DNA of 64,000 bases from Candidatus Hecatella orcuttiae (GTDB lineage: Archaea > Thermoproteota > Bathyarchaeia > Hecatellales > Hecatellaceae): positions 384,001 through 448,000 of the forward strand of contig MTLY02000003.1 of NCBI GenBank assembly GCA_002011035.2. Direction: 5' to 3'. Made by a program: the position numbers and the translations under genes. The notes below the pieces were generated by a model. The model saw nothing but the letters and a program-made list of their open reading frames with translations, ran no database searches and was not told the origin of the DNA. Below are positions 37,630-46,840 of the stretch, one piece after another. Each line of letters starts with the position of its first letter. Within the stretch, counting starts at the first letter, position 1.

Positions 37630-38715
37630 ATGATTTCTAAAGATGAGATAGACGAGGTTTTGAGAAGCTATGATAAAGGTAAAATCTCCATAGGCACTCT
37701 CGGCTCTCACTCTGCGCTTAACATTTTCAAGGGCGCTCAAGAGGAAGGTTTTCGAACAGTTTGCATCTGCCGAAAGGGCGATGAGATTGTTTATCAGAGA
37801 TTTCCTGTGGCAGATGATATCCTCGTGGTGGAGGGCTTTAGAGATCTGTTAAACGATGATGTCCAAGAAAAGTTAAGACGGCTGAACACCATTCTAGTTC
37901 CCCACGGCTCCTTCACCGCCTACATCAGCACCGGCGACCTGATGAACGAGTTACGTTTACCCCTGTTTGGAAACAGGCAGCTACTCCTATGGGAGGCTGA
38001 CAGGGAAAAGCAAAGGGAATGGCTTGGGAGAGCTGGGTTGAATCTGCCTAAAATATTCAAAGACCCCGAGGACATAGAGGGTTTAGTCATCGTAAAATTT
38101 CCCGGCGCCAAAGGTGGAAGAGGCTATTTCCTCGCAAGCTCCCCTCAATCTTTTCACCAGAAGGCGAGAGACATGGTTGAAAAAGGGCTTTTAAAGGAAG
38201 AGGACTTGGCCAGGATTCATCTGCAGGAGTATTTTGTCGGTGTAAACGTCTACCCTCTGTACTTTCGCTCCCTAGTGGTAGGGGAGGTTGAGCTGCTGGG
38301 CATAGACAGGCGGTATGAGTCTGCGATAGACGGTATTGGAAGAATACCTGCGAGGGAGCAGCTTGAAGTTGGACTGAATCCCACCTACACCGTGGTTGGC
38401 AACATCCCTTTGACTGTGAGGGAATCGCTACTTTCGGAAATCCTCAGGATGGGCGACAGCGTAGTAAAGGTGTCTGAGGAAATAGCCCCGCCGGGGATCA
38501 TAGGGCCGTTTTGCTTGGAGACGGTTGTCACTGATGCCTTACGCATAGTCACGTTCGAAATATCCGCCAGAATAGTCGCAGGAGCAAACGTAGGCATTGG
38601 CATCTCCCCCTATTCGTATCTGAAACATGGGGAAAAAATGTACATGGGAAAGAGGATCGCCCGAGAAATAAGAGCTGGAATCGAAGGCGATAATCTGGAA
38701 AAAATCGTTTCCTAA
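37630..38715 (+). CDS. purP: Formate-dependent AICAR ligase PurP
   Basis: GSHSALNI, PHGSF, GAKGGRGYF, DRRYES, FEISARIVAG. Confidence 0.9.
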   Translation: MISKDEIDEVLRSYDKGKISIGTLGSHSALNIFKGAQEEGFRTVCICRKGDEIVYQRFPVADDILVVEGFRDLLNDDVQEKLRRLNTILVPHGSFTAYISTGDLMNELRLPLFGNRQLLLWEADREKQREWLGRAGLNLPKIFKDPEDIEGLVIVKFPGAKGGRGYFLASSPQSFHQKARDMVEKGLLKEEDLARIHLQEYFVGVNVYPLYFRSLVVGEVELLGIDRRYESAIDGIGRIPAREQLEVGLNPTYTVVGNIPLTVRESLLSEILRMGDSVVKVSEEIAPPGIIGPFCLETVVTDALRIVTFEISARIVAGANVGIGISPYSYLKHGEKMYMGKRIAREIRAGIEGDNLEKIVS

Positions 38716-38844
38716 TGTCTTTCAACTCTTCACTGTCAGTTTAGCCGGACGGTTTTTCTTTTTGAAAAGGTGAGAAATTTTTTATAATGAATGGTCCCCG
38801 CGTTTTTATGAGATTGTGAAAACAAGGTCGTTGCAAGGCTGGGA

Positions 38845-39870
38845 ATGTGGATGGGAAAAGAGGTTAAGAAAGCTGAGCGGAAAAAGACGCTGCGCAGGCT
38901 CATGGTCACCAAGTATGTTGCCTTATCCCAAGATCTGACCGTGGAGGAAGGAATAGGAAAATGGCGTGAAACAGTGCATGAGGCAAGAATCGCCTACAAT
39001 ATTTATGTTGTCGACTCAGAGGGCAGGCTTGAAGGTTTGCTGACCATGAGGGAACTGCTGGCCGCCAGCCCCCAGACTAAGCTGAAGGATATCATGAGGA
39101 AAAATTTCGCCTACGCATACGTGGACAGCTCTGTGGAGCAGGTGGCCTCCGTCATCATCAAAAATGACCTCTGCGCGGTGCCTCTCCTAAGTCGTAATCA
39201 TAAGCTTTTGGGCATCGTGTCAGCCGACGACATTCTGGACGCTATGAGGGTGGAAAGCGACGAAGACATCTACCGGCTGGCCGGCATACTCGGATTGGAG
39301 TTTAGGTTTCCAGCAGCGGGTTTAGAAGATCTTTCAATGATGGTGAAGTCGAGAATCCCTTGGCTGATCATCTGCGTGATCATCGGTGTGCTCGTTTCCG
39401 GAAGTGTGATAAAAAAGTATGAAGACGCCATCGCAGCGTTGCCTTTGATCGCTGTTTTCATCCCGGTCTTGATGGATTCAGGGGGTAACATAGGCACGCA
39501 AAGCTCTACCATAATCGTCAGGGCGTTGGCTTTGGGGCAGATGAGAACTAGCCGCGTCGCCGCGCATTTTCTCCTAGCCGACTTAGGAGCAGGCGCGATC
39601 ATAGGGTTCATCCTCGCCGTGTTTGTGGCAGCGCTGGCCGCCTTGTTGGGGGTCTACGACCTCATGCTGCTTTTCACGTTGTCCGCGAGTATGTTTCTCA
39701 TCCCCATAACAGCCATAGGCATCGGCTTCGTCATACCCTATTTGAGCTACATCTTCAAAGTTGACCCTGCAGTGACCTCAGGGCCTCTGGTCACGCTGAT
39801 CGCAGACGTCACAGCGCTGCTCATATACTTCCTGATGGTGATAACCCTCTACCTTCCCCGCATCGGCTGA
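38845..39870 (+). CDS. mgtE: Magnesium transporter MgtE (CBS plus TM, no N-domain)
   Basis: CBS pair, RIPWL, GGNIGTQS, DPA..SGP....AD. Confidence 0.88.
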   Translation: MWMGKEVKKAERKKTLRRLMVTKYVALSQDLTVEEGIGKWRETVHEARIAYNIYVVDSEGRLEGLLTMRELLAASPQTKLKDIMRKNFAYAYVDSSVEQVASVIIKNDLCAVPLLSRNHKLLGIVSADDILDAMRVESDEDIYRLAGILGLEFRFPAAGLEDLSMMVKSRIPWLIICVIIGVLVSGSVIKKYEDAIAALPLIAVFIPVLMDSGGNIGTQSSTIIVRALALGQMRTSRVAAHFLLADLGAGAIIGFILAVFVAALAALLGVYDLMLLFTLSASMFLIPITAIGIGFVIPYLSYIFKVDPAVTSGPLVTLIADVTALLIYFLMVITLYLPRIG

Positions 39871-39894
39871 AGGTCTTCGACGCACTTCATGAGG

Positions 39895-40137
39895 TCATTC
39901 CGGCGGATAGAACATGGTCAGCAGGGTTTCCGTGTGGACTACGTTGGGAGTTTTTTCCACCATCTCGTAGATTATCCTCGACAGCTCCTGCAAGTCTTTA
40001 GCTTCGATGACCACCACAGCGTCAAACCTGCCGAAGACGGAGTTCGCCATTTTCACACCTCGAATATGTCGGGCTTTGACGATTTCCTCCGAGGTGCCCG
40101 GTTTGGTGGTAACTAGGACGAAGGCTCTTATGGGCAT
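39895..40137 (-). CDS. Stand-alone Lrp/AsnC ligand-binding domain protein (paralogue of 34923-35159)
   Basis: AFVLVTTKPG...VFGRFDAVV...VVHTETL. Confidence 0.8.
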   Translation of the reverse strand: MPIRAFVLVTTKPGTSEEIVKARHIRGVKMANSVFGRFDAVVVIEAKDLQELSRIIYEMVEKTPNVVHTETLLTMFYPPE

Positions 40138-40258
40138 ATGTTCTCCCTCAGGTTAAGTTTGGGGGCTTCCTCCCTAATACTCTTTCTAAAGAGCTCTCTC
40201 CCCCAAGATAATCTTCAAATTCAACTTTCACGCTTCAAGAGAAGAGGGTAGCCGGGTA

Positions 40259-41938
40259 GTGGCCTCCGCGAAGCGGCTTATGTGGATTTTGAGGGTTCAA
40301 GTGTTCGTCAGCGGAGCCATGGTGATGGCTCTGGAGCTGCTGGGAAGCCGATTTCTCATCCCCCATTTCGGTAGCACCCTCTACGTTTGGGGAAGCCTCA
40401 TAGGCGTCGTCCTCGCCGCCCTAAGCCTCGGCTACTACCACGGCGGCAGGATCGCTGACAGAAGGCCGAGCTTCCAGGCTTTCGCCTTTATCATCTTCTC
40501 CGCAGGGGTCTACATTCTCTTCATCAATACCCTTGCCCCTATGGTTTTCGAGTTCGCCCTTTCCCTGAGGATGGGTGAAAGATTCAGCCCTCTAGCGGCC
40601 ACGGTTCTTCTCCTCGCCTTACCCAGCTGGTTGCTGGGGATGGTTTCCCCCTACGCCATAAGGCTGGGGGCTAAAACTCTCAAGGAGATTGGAAGCTTAG
40701 CCGGGAACCTTTACTCTCTCTCCACCGCGGGCAGTATAGTTGGGACTTTTCTTACGGCTTTCGTCCTCATCCCGGAGCTGGGGGTTGCCAAGACTCTCTA
40801 CGGTGTGAGCATCGGGCTTATGGCAGTCTCAACGTTAAGTCTTACCAACCGAGGCAAGTCTCTCGCTGTGGTGGTGATCTCGTTGGCTTTGGCCATGGCT
40901 TTCACCGCTCCGGTGAAAGCCAGCGGAGTGGTCTTCGAGGGGGAGTCCGCCTACCATCACATCGTGGTTATGGACAACAACGTTACTGGAGTTAGAACTC
41001 TTCTCTTAGACAACAATTTTCACAGCGCCATGGACTTAAGGGAGCCCAGCCGTATAGTATACACTTACACCGGGTTTTTCCACTTGGGCTTTCTCTTCAA
41101 CCCCGAGGTTGAGAATGTGCTCTTCATCGGGGGAGGTGGATTTTCAGGGCCCAAGCGCTTCCTAGAAGACTATGACTGGGTGAAAGTGGATGTAGTGGAA
41201 ATAGACCCTCAAGTTGTCAGGGTTGCTGAAGAGTACTTCGGATTGAAACCGGACCCTAGGTTGAAGGTTTACATTCAAGACGGCCGAGTTTACTTGGCGA
41301 GCTCCGAGAAGAAATACGACTTGGTGGTCATGGATACCTACGATAAGAGCTTCATTCCCTTCCACCTCATGACTCTTGAATTCTGGAGGGAGATGGAACG
41401 CGACCTGAAGCCTCAAGGGGTTGTGGTTTTAAACTTCATTTCATCCCTAGAGGGAGATGCCTCCCGCATCTTGAAGGCTGAACTGGCCACCATGTCTGAG
41501 GTTTTCCCTGAAATCTACCTGTTTCCTCTATCCCCCGGGATGCCCAGCCTCGTTCAGAACATCATCATCGTAGCCGTGAAGGCGGAGAAGAATTTCAGCC
41601 AAGAAACCCTAGTGGAAAGAGCGGAAGAGCTTCATTTCGTCAGAGTCCCCATCCAAAGCTATGCTAACCACCTTTGGGAACCCAGCTTCAAACTGGAAGG
41701 GGGAAGGGTCCTCACCGACGACAAAGCTCCTGTGGAGAATCTTCTAAACCCCCTTACAGGAAAGCCCCTGGTAAGGGAGGAAGGAGAGGCCACCGTCTTG
41801 AGGGAAAACGCGGAGGTTCCCCTCTCCACTAAACCCGTTGGCACCCCCACGGTCCTCAGCTTCCTTGCAGTCGGCTTAGGGATTCTCCTGGCCTTGGAAA
41901 TTTTCCTATTCGGCAGACAGCGTTCTACTGCAACATAA
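40259..41938 (+). CDS. Fused membrane domain / spermidine synthase-like methyltransferase
   Basis: SGAMVMALELLGSR...ST.GSIVGT TM region; VLFIGGGG, VEIDP, LTDDKAPVE. Confidence 0.8.
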   Translation: MASAKRLMWILRVQVFVSGAMVMALELLGSRFLIPHFGSTLYVWGSLIGVVLAALSLGYYHGGRIADRRPSFQAFAFIIFSAGVYILFINTLAPMVFEFALSLRMGERFSPLAATVLLLALPSWLLGMVSPYAIRLGAKTLKEIGSLAGNLYSLSTAGSIVGTFLTAFVLIPELGVAKTLYGVSIGLMAVSTLSLTNRGKSLAVVVISLALAMAFTAPVKASGVVFEGESAYHHIVVMDNNVTGVRTLLLDNNFHSAMDLREPSRIVYTYTGFFHLGFLFNPEVENVLFIGGGGFSGPKRFLEDYDWVKVDVVEIDPQVVRVAEEYFGLKPDPRLKVYIQDGRVYLASSEKKYDLVVMDTYDKSFIPFHLMTLEFWREMERDLKPQGVVVLNFISSLEGDASRILKAELATMSEVFPEIYLFPLSPGMPSLVQNIIIVAVKAEKNFSQETLVERAEELHFVRVPIQSYANHLWEPSFKLEGGRVLTDDKAPVENLLNPLTGKPLVREEGEATVLRENAEVPLSTKPVGTPTVLSFLAVGLGILLALEIFLFGRQRSTAT

Positions 41939-42070
41939 TTATTCGACGGCTTTTAATTCAGCTTCAACCGAAGGGCTCAGAAAACTCAGGCGAACAGCCT
42001 CCTTCGCATCAGCTATCCCTAACAGGAAAGAAAACCGTAATTAACCCGCTGGCTTCTCTAATAAACAGGG

Positions 42071-42547
42071 GTGCTACTGGTGAGGGTATATTTAGTTCAG
42101 CATGCCGAGGCCCTGCGGGAGGAGGAAGACCCGTCGAGGCCCCTGTCCCCAAAGGGCTTGGAAGACATCAGAAAGGTGGCGAAATACGCAGAGAAACACC
42201 TGCACATCACCGTAGGGCAGATACTCCACAGCGGAAAACTGCGAGCTAAGCAGACGGCTGAAATCCTGGCCGAACATCTTCGTCCCCCGAAAGGGGTGGA
42301 GGCGGCTGAAGGCTTTGAGCCCTCAGCTGACCCTCAGGTATGGGGAAACCGCCTCTCCGAAGCCGTGGAGAACCTTATGCTGGTGGGGCACCTCCCCCAC
42401 CTAGGTAAGCTTGCAGGTCTACTGCTCTGCGGAGACGAGGGCCGAGGGGCTGTGGCCTTCAAGACGGGCTGCATCCTATGTCTGGAGAAGGATGAGCGCG
42501 GCTGCTGGTCTATCCAGTGGCTGGTCACCCCTGAAATACTGCCCTAA
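42071..42547 (+). CDS. sixA: Phosphohistidine phosphatase SixA
   Basis: YLVQHAEA, RPLS, S.KLRAKQTA, LVGHLP. Confidence 0.85.
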   Translation: MLLVRVYLVQHAEALREEEDPSRPLSPKGLEDIRKVAKYAEKHLHITVGQILHSGKLRAKQTAEILAEHLRPPKGVEAAEGFEPSADPQVWGNRLSEAVENLMLVGHLPHLGKLAGLLLCGDEGRGAVAFKTGCILCLEKDERGCWSIQWLVTPEILP

Positions 42548-42561
42548 AAGGCTGAGTGAAA

Positions 42562-42945
42562 TCAGAGAATTTCAAACTTGACAGGTTCACCGTCCCGGTT
42601 GAAGACGGCTACATCCTCGAAACGGTAAGGGTATCCCACGATGACCATGATTCTCCCGTAGAAATTGTTCAAGTCTTCAGGCGACGGCTTCAGATGCCCG
42701 GAGGGGTGAGAATGGGCTACCCCTACGATGGAAGCGTCCATGGGAAGCGTGAAGAGGGGAAAACTTGAAAAGGCTCTTCCACGGCTGGCGAAGGGGGGTA
42801 TGACGATCTCCTCAACCATAATCCTATCCTTGGAGAGCTTTCCCCTCAGCAAGAGAATCCCCTCCTCTGGGTGTAAGTGGCGAGCGTAGTCCACAAGGCC
42901 TTGAACAACATCCCGGGCGATGAAAACAGCCTTACCCATCTTCAA
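42562..42945 (-). CDS. JAB/MPN/Mov34 (JAMM) metalloprotease
   Basis: HPEE...HSHPSG...PS.ED JAMM motif. Confidence 0.85.
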   Translation of the reverse strand: MKMGKAVFIARDVVQGLVDYARHLHPEEGILLLRGKLSKDRIMVEEIVIPPFASRGRAFSSFPLFTLPMDASIVGVAHSHPSGHLKPSPEDLNNFYGRIMVIVGYPYRFEDVAVFNRDGEPVKFEIL

Positions 42946-43216
42946 GTTTCCCAGAGTTAAACATACATCATTCGAATTAGATTCTTAAAAATCTATGGCA
43001 GAAGGCTCTTGGTAGCAATAGCTATATTAAAGGTTAAGACAAGCCTTTACAGCTTATTTTAGGTTTCGAGGATTATCACCGCTTTTATACGAAAAGTTTA
43101 TATATTAGAAGTATAGATTATGACTTAAGGAATAAGTCGAGGCTCCTTCTATATAAGCTCCTCCTATTTCTCGATGGGAACGGAGTTTTAAGGACCGATG
43201 ACGACGGAGGTGAAAC

Positions 43217-44155
43217 GTGCAGATGGAAACATCGTCAAGAGAAGTAGGCGCCGGTAGGGAATCCCGCTGCCCCGAATGCGGCAGCACCCTGATAGTGGAG
43301 AGTGGCGAAACCGGCGAGGTTGTCTGCGGCAACTGCGGCTTGGTGTTGAATGAGGTATCCTACGACAGGGGGCCTGAGTGGAGAGCCTTCACCCCGGAGG
43401 AGAAAGCTGGGAAAAGCCGGGTGGGTGGACCCGTTTCCATCCTTCAAGCTGATAAAGGTTTACCTACGGTGATAGACAAGGTTGGCAAGGATGCCTTCGG
43501 AAGGAAGGTTGACCTGCCAACCCGGAGGCAGATGCTCCGTCTCAGAAAATGGCAGACCAGAACCCAGTACCAGTCTCCTGTGGAGAGAAATCTCCTCCAA
43601 GCTTTAGCCGAACTGGACAGGCTTGCGGATAAACTTCACATCCCCGAAGATCTCCAAGAAGAGGCGGCTGAAATCTACCGAAAAGCCTTAGATAAAGGGC
43701 TGGTGCGAGGGCGCTCCATATCAGCCATCGTAGCTGCAGCCCTCTACGCAGCCTGCCGAGCGTACTCAAAGCCGCGTTCGTTGAAGGAAATAGCCTCGGT
43801 GAGCAGGGTTAAAAAGAAGGACATAGCTCGCTGCTACCGTCTTCTTCTGCAGGAGATAGACTTGAAGATGCCCATTCCTGACCCGAGGAACTACATTTCC
43901 AAGATAGCCACGAAGGCCAACATTCCGGAGAAAACGCGAACCAAGGCCATTCAGCTTCTCAGCGAAGCTGAAGAGAAAAATGCCATCGTAGGCAAAGACC
44001 CCGTAGGCTTGGCGGCTGCAGCCCTCTACATCGCCTGCGTCCTCACAGGGGAGAAAGAAACCCAAAAGGATATAGCTGAAGCCGCGGGTGTCACGGAGGT
44101 TACGGTGAGAAACCGTTACAAAGGGCTGAAGGAAGCCTTCAACCTCAACGTCTGA
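43217..44155 (+). CDS. tfb: Transcription initiation factor TFB
   Basis: CPECG zinc ribbon, GPEWRAF, two cyclin repeats, VTEVTVRNRY. Confidence 0.95.
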   Translation: MQMETSSREVGAGRESRCPECGSTLIVESGETGEVVCGNCGLVLNEVSYDRGPEWRAFTPEEKAGKSRVGGPVSILQADKGLPTVIDKVGKDAFGRKVDLPTRRQMLRLRKWQTRTQYQSPVERNLLQALAELDRLADKLHIPEDLQEEAAEIYRKALDKGLVRGRSISAIVAAALYAACRAYSKPRSLKEIASVSRVKKKDIARCYRLLLQEIDLKMPIPDPRNYISKIATKANIPEKTRTKAIQLLSEAEEKNAIVGKDPVGLAAAALYIACVLTGEKETQKDIAEAAGVTEVTVRNRYKGLKEAFNLNV

Positions 44156-44185
44156 CCGAAGAGACGACAACGCGGCCGGAAGCCT

Positions 44186-44863
44186 TCAAGGCAACTTTTT
44201 CTTAAGGTTAATGACTCTATCGGCTAGTTTAGCCATTTTTCTTCTATGCGTTGTGGCCAGTAGGGTTTTTCCTTTCAGGATTTTTCCCTTGAAAGAGGCT
44301 ACCATCATATCCTCGGTGAGGGGATCGAGGAAGTCCGTGGGTTCATCTAAAAGCAGAATCTCAGGATCGGAAATCATCGCCCTAGCGTAGGATACCATGC
44401 GGTTTTCTCCAACGCTGAGAGTTGCAACCTTCCGGTGGACGTAGTTAGAAATCCAGAAGCTCTCCAAAACCTCCTCCACGCGTCTTCTCCGTTCATCCCG
44501 GCTCATCCCCAAAAATACTAGGGGAAGTTCCAGGTTTTCGTAAACCGTTAAAGAAGGGATGAGGTTAGATACTTGGAAGACAACCCCCAGCTTTCTCCGC
44601 CTTAACTTTGAAACAACGTCCTCAGGAAGCTTCGTTATGTTCACTCCGTCGACGTAGATGTTTCCAGCTTGAGGCCTGTCCAAACCTGCAACCAAGTTTA
44701 TCAAGGTCGTTTTCCCGCATCCGGTGGGGCCTACGACGGCGAGAAATTCGCCTTTTTTCACCTCGAAGGATACGTCCTCAAACACTGGGAAAGATTTCCC
44801 ATGCCCGTCGTAGACTTTCCTCACATGCTCCACACGGATGGCGGAGTTACTCGACATGGGCAA
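44186..44863 (-). CDS. ABC ATP-binding protein (LolD/FtsE/MacB-like)
   Basis: GPTGCGKT, variant signature LSVGE, LLLDEPT, TTH. Confidence 0.8.
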   Translation of the reverse strand: MPMSSNSAIRVEHVRKVYDGHGKSFPVFEDVSFEVKKGEFLAVVGPTGCGKTTLINLVAGLDRPQAGNIYVDGVNITKLPEDVVSKLRRRKLGVVFQVSNLIPSLTVYENLELPLVFLGMSRDERRRRVEEVLESFWISNYVHRKVATLSVGENRMVSYARAMISDPEILLLDEPTDFLDPLTEDMMVASFKGKILKGKTLLATTHRRKMAKLADRVINLKKKLP

Positions 44864-45365
44864 ATATCTCCGCAGTCATTCGGTGAGATTTTTTCCACAC
44901 AGAATATGCTCCGAGAGCGGCTCCCGTAAAAATCCCCAGCAGGCTGAAGAGGAGAGCGAACCCCAAGGCTTCTGCCAGCGTCAGGAGGCTCCAGCCTTTC
45001 AAAGGCAGCAAAGCCGGCAACAGAACTAGGAGGCTTACCCCCACCAGCAGCCCTAGAAGGGCTCCTAAAAGCCCTGTGAGGAAGAGTTCGATCATGAAAG
45101 AGAGGGTAATGGTCTCCCTAGTGGCGCCCAACGCCTTGTACACGCCTAGGTCGTAGTCAACCCGGTCGGCTAGGTGGAGCATGGTAGCTGAGAGGGCTAC
45201 GATGGTCAAGATGAGGATGGAAGCCGCTGTAATGACGGCGCCCCACCCTTGAACCAGCATGGACAGAACCATGAAATCCGCTACAACGACGGCTAGAATT
45301 CCGATTATGAGTTTAACCTTAACCCACGTGGTTTGGAAACGTTTTAAAGCTAACCAAAGAGACAT
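44847..45365 (-). CDS. Minimal FtsX-like ABC permease
   Basis: Four TM helices, LGVYKALGAT...F.IE....G..G..LG...G; no extracellular domain. Confidence 0.7.
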   Translation of the reverse strand: MSLWLALKRFQTTWVKVKLIIGILAVVVADFMVLSMLVQGWGAVITAASILILTIVALSATMLHLADRVDYDLGVYKALGATRETITLSFMIELFLTGLLGALLGLLVGVSLLVLLPALLPLKGWSLLTLAEALGFALLFSLLGIFTGAALGAYSVWKKSHRMTAEIFAHVE

Positions 45366-45460
45366 GGAGTTCCCCCGACTTCCGCGGGGATACTAGGAAA
45401 GCCTAAAAAATGGATGTTTGGTTTGCGCGAACATCTGCAACATATTCAAGACGGAATGTT

Positions 45461-46138
45461 TCACTCTTCGTCAGTTTGGAGACGTACGACGAGGGGTTCC
45501 GCGGGGCTTCTCTCCTCTTTTACCTCAAGTTTCGGATATTCTTGGTTTTGGGGGACGGTTAAAGAGTTTAAGGTGGCTTCTATGTCTCTCTTCTCGTTTA
45601 TCGTGCTGTTGATCACCGATATCAAGTAGTCGCTGGCAAGCTTGTAGGTTTCGTCGCCCAGCTCTCCGGTTTTATGCTGAACCTTGAGGTGGCCTAGAAA
45701 TCTTTCCAAGTTTTTAACATGGTGTTCCAAGTCGGAGATTTTTCTGTTCAGAGACTCTATCAGGTTTTTATGGGCTTCTTCAAGCTTGGTCAAAGAGTCT
45801 TTATATTGCTGGCAAAGTTCTTCGTAGACATGGCTTGGGATCTCCTGGCTCTTCAAAAGCTCATCCAACGCTCGAAAACGACGCTGGGTTAAGTCGTTGT
45901 CTTTTTTGAAGTTTTCCGCTTCAATCTTCCATGAAGGCACTAGAATCAACGTATCGCCTTCGACTATTATCTGCGCTCTGGAGAACTCTTCAAAGCTTCC
46001 TCCTCGGTCAACTCCCACCGAATGAAGCTGCCCATCTGGGTCTAATGTCACACCTACCACGTAGCCTATGTACCGTCTGTAGGTGTCCCTCGCCGGTTTC
46101 CCTATGAACCTTTGAAGGGCTTCATATTGAAGACTCAA
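45461..46138 (-). CDS. cdvA: CdvA-like cell division protein
   Basis: N-terminal PRC-barrel-like FIGKPARDTYRRYIGYVVG, long coiled coil, GE motif, C-terminal EPLVVRL strand. Confidence 0.75.
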   Translation of the reverse strand: MSLQYEALQRFIGKPARDTYRRYIGYVVGVTLDPDGQLHSVGVDRGGSFEEFSRAQIIVEGDTLILVPSWKIEAENFKKDNDLTQRRFRALDELLKSQEIPSHVYEELCQQYKDSLTKLEEAHKNLIESLNRKISDLEHHVKNLERFLGHLKVQHKTGELGDETYKLASDYLISVINSTINEKRDIEATLNSLTVPQNQEYPKLEVKEERSPAEPLVVRLQTDEE

Positions 46139-46166
46139 CTGTCATCTCTCCCAGATTTTCTGAGAT

Positions 46167-46460
46167 TTAAAACAGTCTTCTCAGCTTATCGAAGAAGGAC
46201 TCCTTCTTAGGCGCGTCGTTGGACTGTGGGGAGATGGCTGTTTCGCCGGTGGTTGCTACTTCCACCATCGGTGATGGTTCTGAAACAGCGGGTGTCTCTT
46301 CTAGTTTTACGGCTTTCCTGAATTTATGTCCGCAGCTTCGGCAAGCGTATAGGGTGACTCGCATGGCTCTGCCTTTCCCGGATTTGGGCTTTACATCCCA
46401 CGACTTGTTGATGTTCAACTCTTCTCCTTTACATCGAGGACATACGGTCAACGATTTCAC
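46167..46460 (-). CDS. Cren7-like zinc-ribbon protein with linker and amphipathic C-terminal helix
   Basis: CPRC...KSWDVKPKSGKG..MRVTLYACRSCGHKFR; tail SFFDKLRRLF. Confidence 0.55.
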   Translation of the reverse strand: MKSLTVCPRCKGEELNINKSWDVKPKSGKGRAMRVTLYACRSCGHKFRKAVKLEETPAVSEPSPMVEVATTGETAISPQSNDAPKKESFFDKLRRLF

Positions 46461-46840
46461 CGCAAGTGTCTTCAGTGAAATAAAAATTAAGATTTACGTG
46501 TTGGATAAACTTCTAAATGGGCTTGAAAAGACCTTCGGGGAGCGTTAAACTTTGAAATGATATACATATTAGACTAAATGAAGCGCTGATTAAGCTTGTT
46601 GAATAAAAGAAACGTGTAAAAAAGAACGCTGGCAAAAGCCTTTATCGACGTTTTCAACGGGATTTTACCCGAAATATCGAGTAAAAAAGCGGTTTTTCCT
46701 TAAACATCCCCTTCAAGAGAAGATTGAATGAGGTTTACTATAAGATTCTGGATCAAAGTGTTTATTTTCCTCGCGAAAAGAAGGGCTTATTAAGGTTTCA
46801 TGGAAATAGAAAACCGTTCAGCCTTCGCGGGGAAGTTTCC

